Shown: positions 53,881 through 64,000 of the stretch, piece by piece
Layout of the letters: every line of letters starts with the position of its first letter
Numbering within the stretch: the first letter of the stretch is position 1
NCBI RefSeq assembly: GCF_036365525.1
Contig: NC_090378.1
Span: 120,451,593-120,515,592 of the forward strand
Source: Heterodontus francisci
Lineage: Eukaryota
Length of the DNA stretch: 64,000 nucleotides
Direction of reading: 5' to 3'
The notes under the pieces: generated by a model
The model's input: the letters and a program-made list of their open reading frames with translations, nothing else
Told to the model about the DNA's origin: nothing
Databases searched by the model: none
Position numbers and translations under genes: made by a program

Positions 53881-54079
53881 CTTGAATTAAAACAATCAAC
53901 AGCGTTTGGAAACTAAAAACTACAGATAGTAGAAATCTGAAATCAAAACCGAGAATTCACTAAACATTCAGCAGCCTCTCGGGATTAAACTTCAGGTTTT
54001 TATTCAAATTGTATTCAATAAACATGTGAATCTGAGGAGAATACAGGACTATGGGGATAGAGCAGGGTAGTGGGATTGG

Positions 54080-54870
54080 GAATATAGGAACAGGAGGAGG
54101 CTGTTCAGCCCATCGAGCCTGTTCTATCCTCCAGTTAGATCATCTGATCTGTATCTGATCTCCATCTCCCTGCCTTGGTCCCATAACCCACAATACCCCG
54201 ACCCAACAAAATCTATCAAGCTCATTGTTAAATGTTTAAATTGATCTTCAGCCTCAACAGCTTTATGAGGGAGAGAGTTCCCGATTTCCACTCACCTTTA
54301 TGTGAAGAAATGCCTCCTGACATCACCCCGAGCTCTAATATTAAGATTATGTCCCCTTGTTCTCGACTCCCCCACCAGAGGAAACAGTTTCTCGCCATCT
54401 CTCCGAATCATCTTAATCCTTTATTCATCTTAAATACCTCAATGAGATCACCCCTAAATTCACATTACCCCATCACTGTGATCACTGACCTACATTGGCT
54501 CCTGTTCCAGCAACACCTCGATGTTGCCTCATCTTGCCTCACATTATCCCTACTCTCTGTCTCCTACCTCCTAACCAATTCCTTACCCATGTCAAAAGGT
54601 TTCCTCACATTCCATATGCTTCTATTTTGCGAACAGTCTCTTGTGTGGAACCTTCTCAAATGCCTTCTGGAAATCCATATAAATAACATCCATAGACATT
54701 CCCTTATCGACCACATTAGTGACCGCTTCAAAAAATACAACTCGGTTAGTTAAACATGTTTCACCCTTTTTAAATCCGTGCTGACTCTCTCTGATCAGTT
54801 TATATTTGTCAGTCATTCTGTCCCTAATAACAGATTCAAATAACTTCCCCACAACAGATATTAAACTGAG
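54080..54870 (-). mobile_element. CR1 LINE fragments (3' tail ~54080-54450; RT N-terminal part ~54590-54870)
   Basis: ORF 54622-54852 gives GKLFESVIRD...SQHGFKKGETCLTN...MDVIYMDFQKAFEKVPHKRL, classic CR1 RT. A reverse-complement CR1 tail lies at 54080-54150. Confidence 0.85.
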
Positions 54871-55493
54871 ATGTTAGTCGTGAATTACTCGAGCAAACAG
54901 CTGGCAGAGAGATGAGGGGCTGAACGGCCTCCTCCTGTGCTGTAGAATTATATGGCTCTTTGGCTGAAACATGTGGATTGGAACAGGAGGTGTGCTGGAG
55001 TTTAAACAATGAGTTAAATGTGGACGTAGTGTCATTAGTGGGTAATGCACAGTCTACATTGTGTCCATGACCCTCTCTAAAAGATGTCTTTCTCTTTTTC
55101 CCTTTTCAGATCCAGGGCTGTAATTAAGGAGCTGAAAGAATATTTAGTGAAGAAGTTTCCGGACTGTGCAGTGTGTGTGAAGGTGTTCGGCAGTGACTGA
55201 TGATTACAGCTCCTTGTTCAGTCTGCTCCGCCCTCACCACTGATCAAGCAATGTAACCTCCTGTCACACTGAGTGAAATTACAATCGATATCATAGTGTC
55301 AGTCCCAGAAAACAACAGCATCGCAGTCTGAGTGACTGGGACAGACATCACTGCCTCACATCAAAGAACAGGCCCCTTATCCCCTCTCACCATGTTCATA
55401 AACCATACAGTAGAGAAAATATACTGACAAACACCACCTTATATTAAACACTCACATCCATAGAACACCTTCAGAGGTAGAAGACAGGATAGA

Positions 55494-55572
55494 GATTGAG
55501 AGAGAGAATAAGAGAGAGTGAGATGGAGAGAGAGAGAGAGGGAGTGAGAGGGAGTGAGATGGAGACAGAGAC
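55494..55572. repeat. (GA)n-rich microsatellite
   Basis: Imperfect gagaga run. Confidence 0.8.
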
Positions 55573-55591
55573 TCTGTGTCAGCTCCTGTAC

Positions 55592-56035
55592 ATGGAAGAG
55601 TGAAGAAGTCTTATTGCAGTTGGATCAGACCTTGCTGAGACCACACCTGGAGAACTGTGGACAGTTTTGGTCTCTTTACCAAAGGAATGATATTCTGGCC
55701 TTGGAAGGAGAGCAGCAAAGATTCACCAGACTGATTCCTGGGATGAGGGGATTGTCCTATGAGGAGAGATTGAGTAGACTGGGATATTATTCCCTGAAAT
55801 GTAGAAGAATGAGAGGTGATCTGATTGAAAGATATACAATTTTTAATGTGATTGACAGGGTAGATACTGGGAGGATGTTTTCCCCTGGCTGGGGAATCTA
55901 GAACTAGGGGTCACAGTCTCAGAATAAGGGGTCGGCCATTTCGGATTGAGATCAGGAGAAAGTTCTTCACTCAAGGGGTTGTGAATCTTTGGAATTCTGT
56001 TTCCCAGAGAGTAGTGGATGCTCAGTCATTGAAGA
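55592..56035 (+). mobile_element. CR1 LINE ORF2 C-terminal fragment
   Basis: KSEEVLLQL..LLRPHLENCGQFWS...QQRFTRLIPGMRGLSYEERLSRLG...RRMRGDLIE, then TRGHSLRI and FFTQGVVNLWNS. Confidence 0.9.
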
Positions 56036-56166
56036 CAGGAGTCTATAGATTCGGAGTGCGCCTGTTCCTGCCCAATTTCTAATACAATAGTGGAATTACA
56101 CTCGAACCCTTGCTGCATGAAACGTATCAGCCATGGCTCAGTGTTTGCAGTAACGTTTATACTCAT

Positions 56167-59100
56167 CAGTCTCCAGACAGAGCACAATTCATCCAGTGCA
56201 GTCTCCAACCGGGGCTCCATTCATCCAGTGCAGACGCCAGCCAGGGCTCCATTCATCCAGTGCAGTCTCCAGCCAGGGCTCCATTCATTCAGTGCAGTCT
56301 CCAGCCGGGGCGCCATTCATCCAGTGCAGTCCCCAGCTAGGGCTCCATTCATCCAGTGCAGTCTCCAGCCAGGGCTCCATTCATCCAATGCAGTCTCTAG
56401 CCAGGGCTCCATTCATCCAGTGCAGTCTCCAGCCAGGGCTCCATTCATCCAGTTCAGTCTTCAGCCAGGTCTCCATTCATCCAGTGCCGTCTCCAGACAG
56501 GGCTCCATTCATCAAGTTCAGTCTTCAGCTAGGGCTCCATTCATCCAGTGCAATCTCCAGCCAGGGCTCCATTCATCCAGTGCAGTCTCCAGTCACGGCT
56601 CCATTCATCCAGTGCAGTCTCCAGTCAGGGCTCCGTTCATCCAGTGCAGTCACCAGTCAGGGTACCATTCATCCAGTTCAGTCTTCAGCCAGGGCTCGAT
56701 TCATCCAGTGCCGTCTCCAGTCAGGGCTCCATTCATCCAGTTCAGTCTTCAGCCAGGGCTCCATTCATCCAGTGCAGTCTCCAGCCAGGGTTCCATTCAT
56801 CCAGTGCAGTCTCCGGTCAAGGCTCCATTCATCCAGTTCAGTCTTCAGCCAGGGCTCGATTCATCCAGTGCCGTCTCCAGTCAGGGGTCCATTCATCCAG
56901 TGCAGTCTCTAGCCAGGGCTCCATTCATCCAGTGCCGTCTCCAGCCAGGGCTCCATTCATCCAGTGCAGTCTCCAGTCAGGGCTCCGTTCATCCAGTGCC
57001 ATCTCCAGTCAGGGCTCCATTCATCCAGTTCAGTCTCCAGCCAGGGCTCCATTCACCCAGTGCAGTCTCCAGTCAAGGCTCCATTCATCCAGTGCAGTCT
57101 GCAGCCAGGGCTGCATTCATCCATTGCAGTCTCCAGTCAGGGCTCCGTTCATCCAGTTCAGTCCTCAGCCAGGGCTCCATTCATCCAGTGCAGTCTCGAG
57201 CCAGGGCTCCATTCATCCAGTGCAGTCTCTAGCCAGGGCTCCATTCATCCAGTGCAGTCTCCAGCCAGGGCTCCATTCATCCAGTGCCGTTTCCAGCCAA
57301 GGCTCCATTCATCCAGTGCCGTCTCCAGTCAGGGCTCCATTCATCCAGTTCAGTCTTCAGCCAGGGCTCCATTCATCCAGTGCAGTCTCCAGCCAGGGTT
57401 CCATTCATCCAGTGCAGTCTCCGGTCAAGGCTCCATTCATCCAGTTCAGTCTTCAGCCAGGGCTCGATTCATCCAGTGCCGTCTCCAGTCAGGGGTCCAT
57501 TCATCCAGTGCAGTCTCTAGCCAGGGCTCCATTCATCCAGTGCCGTCTCCAGCCAGGGCTCCATTCATCCAGTGCAGTCTCCAGTCAGGGCTCCGTTCAT
57601 CCAGTGCCATCTCCAGTCAGGGCTCCATTCATCCAGTTCAGTCTCCAGCCAGGGCTCCATTCACCCAGTGCAGTCTCCAGTCAAGGCTCCATTCATCCAG
57701 TGCAGTCTGCAGCCAGGGCTGCATTCATCCATTGCAGTCTCCAGTCAGGGCTCCGTTCATCCAGTTCAGTCCTCAGCCAGGGCTCGATTCATCCAGTGCA
57801 GTCTCCAGTCAGGGCTCCATTCATCCAGTGCAGTCTCGAGCCAGGGCTCCATTCATCCAGTGCAGTCTCTAGCCAGGGCTCCATTCATCCAGTGCAGTCA
57901 CCAGCCAGGGCTCCATTCATCCAGTGCAGTCTCTAGTCAGGGCTCCAATCATCCAGTGCAGTCTCCAGCCAGGGATCCATTCATCCAGTGCAGTCTCCAG
58001 CCAGAGCTCCATTCATCCAGTGCAGTCTCCAGCCAAGGCTCCATTCATCCAGTGCAGTTTCCAGCCATGGCTCCCTTCATCCAATGCAGTCTCTTGCCAG
58101 GGCTCCATTCATCCAATGCAGACTCTAGCCAGTGCTCCATTCATCCAGTTCAGTCTACAGCCAGGGCTCCATTCATCCAGTGCAGTCTCCAGTCAGGGCT
58201 CCATTCGTCCAGTGCAGTCTCCAGCCAGGGCTCCATTCATCCAGTGCAGTCTCCAGCCAGAACTCCATTCATCCAGTGCAGTCTCCAGCCAGGGCTCCAT
58301 TCATCCAGTGCCGTCTCCAGCCAAGGCTCCATTCATATAGTGCAGTCTCCAGCCATGGCTCCATTCATCCAATGCAGTCTCTAGCCAGGGCTCCATTCAA
58401 CCAGTGCAGTCTCCAGCCAGGGCTCCATTCATCCAGTGCAGTCTCCGGTCAAGGCTCCATTCATCCAGTGCAGTCTCCAGTCAGGGCTCCGTTCATCCAG
58501 TGCAGTCTCCAGTCAGGGCTCCATTCATCCAGTTCAGTCTTCAGCCAGGGCTCGATTCATCCAGTGCCGTCTCCAGTCAGGGTTCCATTCATCCAGTGCA
58601 GTCTCCAGCCAGGGCTCCATTCATAAAGTGCAGTCTCCGGTCAAGGCTCCGTTCATCCAGTGCCGTCTCCAGTCAGGGCTCCATTCATCCAGTTCAGTCT
58701 CCAGTCAGGGCTCCGTTCATCCAGTGCCGTCTCCAGTCAGGGCTCCATTCATCCAGTTCAGTCTCCAGCCAGGGATCCATTCTTCCAGTGCAGTCTCCAG
58801 CCAGGGCTCCATTCATCCAGTGCAGTCTCCTGCCAGGGCTCCATTCATCCAGTGCCGTCTCCAGCCAAGGCTCCATTCATCCAGTGCAGTCTCGAGCCAG
58901 GGCTCCATTCATCCAGTGCAGTCTCCAGCCAGGGCTCCATTCATCCAGTGCAGTCTCCAGCTAGGGCTCCATTCATCCAGTTCAGTCTTCAGCCAGGGCT
59001 CGATTCATCTAGTGCCGTCTCCAGTCAGGGCTCCATTCATCCAGTTCAGTCTCCAGCCAGGGCTCCATTCATCCAGTGCAGTCTCCAGCCAGAACTCCAT

Positions 59101-60387
59101 TCATCCAGTGCAGTCTCCAGCCAGGGCTCCATTCATCCAGTGCCGTCTCCAGCCAAGGCTCCATTCATATAGTGCAGTCTCCAGCCATGGCTCCATTCAT
59201 CCAATGCAGTCTCTAGCCAGGGCTCCATTCAACCAGTGCAGTCTCCAGCCAGGGCTCCATTCATCCAGTGCAGTCTCCAGCCAGGGCTCCATTCATCCAG
59301 TGCCGTCTCCAGCCAAGGCTCCATTCATCCAGTGCAGTCTCGAGCCAGGGCTCCATTCATCCAGTGCAGTCTCCAGCCAGGGCTCCATTCATCCAGTGCA
59401 GTCTCCAGCTAGGGCTCTATTCATCCAGTTCAGTCTTCAGCCAGGGCTCGATTCATCTAGTGCCGTCTCCAGTCAGGGCTCCATTCATCCAGTTCAGTCT
59501 CCAGCCAGGGCTCGATTCATCTAGTGCAGTCTCCTGCCAGGGCTCCATTCATCCAGTGCAGTCTCCAGTTAGGGCTCCATTTATCCAGTGCAGTCTCCAG
59601 TCAGGACTCCATTCATCCAGTGCAGTCTCCAGCCAGGGCTCCATTCATCCAGTGCCGTCTCCAGCCAAGGCTCCATTCATCCATTGCAGTCTGCAGCCAT
59701 GGCTCCATTCATCCAATGCAGTCTCTATCCAGGGCTCTATTCAGCCAGTGCAGTCTCCAGCCAGGGCTCCATTCATCCAGTTCAGTCTTCAGCCAGGGCT
59801 CGATTCATCTAGTGCCGTCTCCAGTCAGGGCTCCATTCATCCAGTTCATTTTTCAGCCAGGGCTCCATTCATCCAGTGCAGTCTCCAGCCAGGGCTCCGT
59901 TCATCCAGTGCCTTCTACAGTCAGGGCTCCATTCATCCAGTTCAGTCTTCAGCCAGGGCTCGATTCATGCAGTGCCGTCTCCAGTCAGGGCTCCATTCAT
60001 CCAGTGCAGTGTCTAGCCAGGGCTCCATTCATCCAGTGCAGTCTCCAGCCAGGGCTCCATTCATCCAGTGCAGTCTCTAGCCAGGGCTCCATTCATCCAG
60101 TGCAGTCTCCAGCCTGGGCTCCATTCATCCAGTGCAGTCTCTAGCCAGGGCTTCATTCATCCAGTGCAGTCTCTAGCCAGGGCTCCATTCATCCAGTGCC
60201 GTCTCCAGTCAGGGCTCCATTCATCCAGTGCAGTCTCCAGCCAAGGCTCCATTCATCCAGTGCAGTCTCCAGCCAATGCTCCATTCATCCTTTGCAGTCT
60301 CCAGCCATGGCTCCATTCATCCAATGCAGTCTCTATCCAGGGCTCCATTCATCCAGTGCAGTCTCCAGCCAGGGCTCTGTTCATCCA
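56167..60387. repeat. Minisatellite, 32-bp unit (ccattcatccagtgcagtctccagccagggct), ~130 copies
   Basis: Period read directly; internal block duplications at offsets of 608 bp (19 units) and 832 bp (26 units). Confidence 0.98.
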
Positions 60388-60517
60388 TCATATCAGTAAA
60401 AAGTACAAGGTGAAAACCATCAATCTGTAATAGTGGACTCTGTCCTCAGGATGGGGGAGCAGGGAGCTGCATGGATTGGTGAAGAGACATCCTCTTTACT
60501 CTCAGATACACACCTCC

Positions 60518-62331
60518 CTGACCTCCATCCCTCCCTCTATCTGACCTCCATCCCTCTCTCTATCTGAGCTCTATCCCTCCCTCTATCTGATCTCCATCCC
60601 TCCCTCTCTCTGACCTCCATCCCTCCCTCTATCTGACCTCCATCCCTCCCTCTATCTGACCTCCATCCCTCCCTCTATCTGATCTCCATCCCTCCCTCTA
60701 TCTGATCTCCATCCCTCCCTCTATCTGACCTCCATCCCTCCCTCTATCTGATCTCCATCCCTCCCTCTATCTGACCTCCATCCCTCCCTCTATCTGATCT
60801 CCATCCCTCCCTCTATCTGATCTCCATCCCTCCCTCTATCTGACCTCCATCCCTCCCTCTATCTGACCTCCATCCCTCCCTCTATCTGATCTCCATCCCT
60901 CCCTCTATCTGACCTCCATCCCTCCCTCTATCTGATCTCCATCCCTCCCTCTATCTGATCTCCATCCCTCCCTCTATCTGACCTCCATCCCTCCCTCTAT
61001 CTGATCTCCATCCCTCCCTCTATCTGACCTCCATCCCTCCCTCTATCTGACCTCCATCCCTCCCTCTATCTGACCTCCATCCCTCCCTCTATCTGATCTC
61101 CATCCCTCCCTCTATCTGATCTCCATCCCTCCCTCTATTTGATCTCCATCCCTCCCTCTATCTGACCTCCATCCCTCCCTCTATCTGATCTCCATTCCTC
61201 CCTCTATCTGAGCTCCATCCCTCCCTCTATCTGAGCTCCATCCCTCCCTCTATCTGATCTCCATCCCTCCCTCTATCTGAGCTCCATCCTTCCCTCTATC
61301 TGATCTCCATCCCTCCCTCTATCTGAGCTCCATCCCTCCCTTTATCTGAGCTCCATCCCTCCCTCTATCTGAGCTCCATTCCTCCCTCTATCTGATCTCC
61401 ATCCCTCCCTCTATCTGAGCTCCATCCCTCCCTCTATCTGAGCTCCATCCCTCCCTCTATCTGATCTCCATCCCTCCCTCTATCTGAGCTCCATCCCTCC
61501 CTTTATCTGAGCTCCATCCCTCCCTCTATCTGAGCTCCATCCCTCCCTCTATCTGATCTCCATCCCTCCCTCTATCTGAGCTCCATCCCTCCCTCTATCT
61601 GAGCTCCATCCCTCCCTCTATCTGAGCTCCATCCCTCCCTCTATCTGATCTCCATCCCTCCCTCTATCTGAGCTCCATCCCTCCCTCTATCTGAGCTCCA
61701 TCCCTCCCTCTATCTGATCTCCATCCCTCCCTCTATCTGAGCTCCATCCCTCCCTTTATCTGAGCTCCATCCCTCCCTCTATCAGAGCTCCATCCCTCCC
61801 TCTATCTGATCTCCATCCCTCCCTCTATCTGAGCTCCATCCCTCCCTCTATCTGAGCTCCATCCCTCCCTCTATCTGAGCTCCATCCCTCCCTCTATCTG
61901 AACTCCATCCCTCCCTCTATCTGAGCTCCATCCCTCCCTCTAACTGATCTCCATCCCTCCCTCTATCTGAGCTCCATCCCTCCCTCTATCTGATCTCCAT
62001 CCCTCCCTCTATCTGAGCTCCATCCCTCCCTTTATCTGAGCTCCATCCCTCCCTCTATCTGAGCTCCATCCCTCCCTCTATCTGATCTCCATCCCTCCCT
62101 CTATCTGAGCTCCATCCCTCCCTCTATCTGAGCTCCATCCCTCCCTCTATCTGAGCTCCATCCCTCCCTCTATCTGAACTCCATCCCTCCCTCTATCTGA
62201 GCTCCATCCCTCCCTCTAACTGATCTCCATCCCTCCCTCTATCTGAGCTCCATCCCTCCCTCTATCTGATCTCCATCCCTCCCTCTATCTGATCTCCATC
62301 CCTCCCTCTATCTGATCTCCATCCCTCCCTC
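60518..62331. repeat. Minisatellite, 23-bp pyrimidine-rich unit (ctga[c/t/g]ctccatccctccctctat), ~79 copies
   Basis: Period read directly; c/t variants on the left, g variants only from ~61210 onward apart from one early copy. Confidence 0.98.
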
Positions 62332-62641
62332 CAGAGCTTTCTGCAAATAAACACAGAATGGATGAAAGATACAATAAAAGAATTATGAAGATGATTATCA
62401 GAGATGTGTCATTATTATAGTTAAAAAGGTCTCCTTCTCAGTGAAGATATATCCTGCTGAGTAATATATACAGACAGGCTGTGCTAAAGTTGGACAATGT
62501 TGAGATGTAGATTTTATATTTTACCAAAAAGCAGAATTGAGTAAACAAGATGTGAACAAGATGAATAGAAATTGTTTACAGACACTGATGACAGTCTCTG
62601 TGTTCCTCAGGCGGTCCCAGTCGTGTTGTTCACAAACCATG

Positions 62642-63323
62642 GGGGGAGTTTTATTCCCTCCCCCATGACGGGTTTGGAGGTGGGAGAGCCGATAATGGGG
62701 TGGGATGGTGACGGGGGAGGGACCACCGCCAATTAAGGCCCTTTAGAGGGTAATTAATTCCCAATTACCTCATTGCACTGCCACCACAATTAGCCCAGCT
62801 GTGGGCGGGGCCTGTCGCCACACGGGGAGCATAACAAGAAAAACCGTGCGAGTTGCTTCCTGGCTCCGTTTGGGGAGGGGAGAGTCCCTTGTTAAAAGAC
62901 ACTTCGTGCCTGAACACGGAACCCAGTATCGGGAATGGGGGCCCGCTGAGAGTCAATCCCCCTTCCCTTGATGCTGACCCCCCCTACACACCTCTCCCAT
63001 ATGACCCCCACCCCGCGGAACCACTCCTGCCCTGACCTACCTGTGACCTGGTTCCTGCACCGCTCCGAGGCCTCGGGTTGGTTCTCCACTGTCAGCAGCC
63101 ACTGCCTCCACTGTGGCGTTGCTCAGTTCCTCTGATTGGCCGGCAGTTCTCAGAGGGCGGGACTTCAGTGTGGTCCTTGATCCCGTGAAAGGTCCACTGC
63201 TGTCCAGTTACGCGCCTAATTGGTACTTTATTTGGTGAGCCTCCCACAGAAGGAGAAACGCGGGGCTCTTGGTGGGTCTTTTGCTGGAGTCGGGACCCTG
63301 TCACCTGGATAAACTCCTGACCC
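62642..63323. mobile_element. ~680-bp MITE with imperfect TIRs and 3-bp target-site duplication (Harbinger-like)
   Basis: Ends gggggagtttta ... taaactcctgaccc, flanked on both sides by ATG (equivalently CAT). Confidence 0.65.
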
Positions 63324-63705
63324 ATGTTTTGCAGTCAACCTGCTCTTCTTAACGGCAGGCTGTCCCTTTTAAAGGAAATCTGAACTGAATAATATTAATG
63401 CAATTGAAATGGTTTCAAACTGAATGCTGGCATGATGGATGTGATGCTGGAGGCATCAGCGGTGAAGGTGGTTAGGAAGAAAGACATTATGGATCCTCGG
63501 AGTGGGGGGAGGGTGGGGTGCGTGCGGGGTGGTCAGGAGGCATTGGTGGGAGTGTGAGGATGAGGTGGAGAATCTGACTGTCAGGAGTGAGTCCTGAGTG
63601 CCAGGGATTGTTACTGGGTGAGTGATGGGGGTCTGGTACAATGAGCAGCAGAAGAGGTTGGTGCTGTGCTTGGTGGGAGATGTCCTGTGAAGATACAATC
63701 ACCGA

Positions 63706-63930
63706 CCTTGACCACCCCTGAGAGGTCACTGAACTTCCCGCGACATTACTGTCAGGTCCTCAGGTCCAACTCCAGGAATTGACCTCCCTGGTCACCGCGC
63801 CCATTCTCTTCTCAGCGTTTTGCTTTGAGGGCCTCCTGGCACCTTGTGCAAACATTGATTTTCTCCTCCTTTGTAACTATTCTTTTCATGTCTCCAGTGT
63901 CACATTGGGAACCCTGGGAGCCCTCTCTCT
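63706..63930 (-). mobile_element. Degenerate Myb/SANT-like DNA-binding ORF of a PIF/Harbinger transposon
   Basis: With frameshifts and stops it reads RERAPR..NVTLE...QRRR..MFAQGARRPSKQ/TLRREW/VTREVNSWSWT/RT*Q*CRGKFSDLSGVVK. This matches the RAPRF...W..VA.EVN....RTW.QCRKKFNDL pattern of Harbinger Myb-like (NAIF1/MSANTD-type) proteins. Confidence 0.75.
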
Positions 63931-63934
63931 GCTC

Positions 63935-64000
63935 TCCAGTCTGTGTAATCAGGTATAACACACTTCACAATCCAGTCTGTGTACTCAGATACATCACACT
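63935..64000. repeat. Start of a 36-bp tandem repeat at the window edge
   Basis: tccagtctgtgtaatcaggtataacacact (63935) and tccagtctgtgtactcagatacatcacact (63971). Confidence 0.55.

Larger units (their letters stand above)
49166..62640 (+). pseudogene. Putative decayed multi-exon protein-coding gene of unrecognised family; candidate exons 49166-49217, 49276-49303, 49650-50879, 52722-52899, 55110-55252, ~56039-60409, 62335-62428, 62611-62640
   Basis: Non-repeat islands are mostly bounded by pyrimidine-tract+CAG acceptors and GT donors, and several junction phases are compatible. Protein-like translations include SRAVIKELKEYLVKKFPDCAVCVKVF, GVYRFGVRLFLPNF*YNSGITLEPLLHETYQPWLSVCSNVYTHQSPDRAQFI/HHISKKYK and SFLQINTEWMKDTI/KNYEDDYQRCVIIIVKK. 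Stops and frameshifts are present. No homology search was possible. Confidence 0.5.

Noticed and set aside
55110-55200. Resemblance of FPDCAVCVKVFGS to the nucleotidyltransferase hG[GS] motif
   Set aside because: No downstream DxD motif in any frame, and the match is too short to assign a family.
56090-60430. Long + strand ORFs up to 462 aa (QSPARAPFIQCSL...)
   Set aside because: They are open in all three frames because the 32-bp consensus lacks stops. This is not a real repetitive protein.

Overview
Vertebrate genomic DNA, most likely a cartilaginous fish (shark-type Ig kappa V gene, CR1/L2 LINE debris, Harbinger-type TIR elements). Bases 1-45990 are one tandem array of a 61-bp unit (~750 copies, running off the left edge). 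The array stops 2 bp from the nonamer of the canonical 12-RSS of an intact, unrearranged Ig kappa-type V gene on the minus strand (leader 46557-46509, V exon 46322-46021, TATA box and variant octamer upstream). No J or C segment is visible, so more than 46 kb of satellite sits where the V-J interval should be. The 61-bp unit has heptamer-23 bp-nonamer-like geometry, and about 18 variant units carry a perfect CACAGTG heptamer. To the right of a 377-bp N gap, the unique islands between transposon remnants look like decayed exons of an unidentified + strand gene. Two of those exons have been expanded from within by 43-bp and 32-bp minisatellites, and a 23-bp minisatellite is an amplified branch-point/polypyrimidine tract. 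Almost all ORFs in the supplied track are repeat artefacts. All coordinates and copy numbers were read by eye and copy numbers are approximate.
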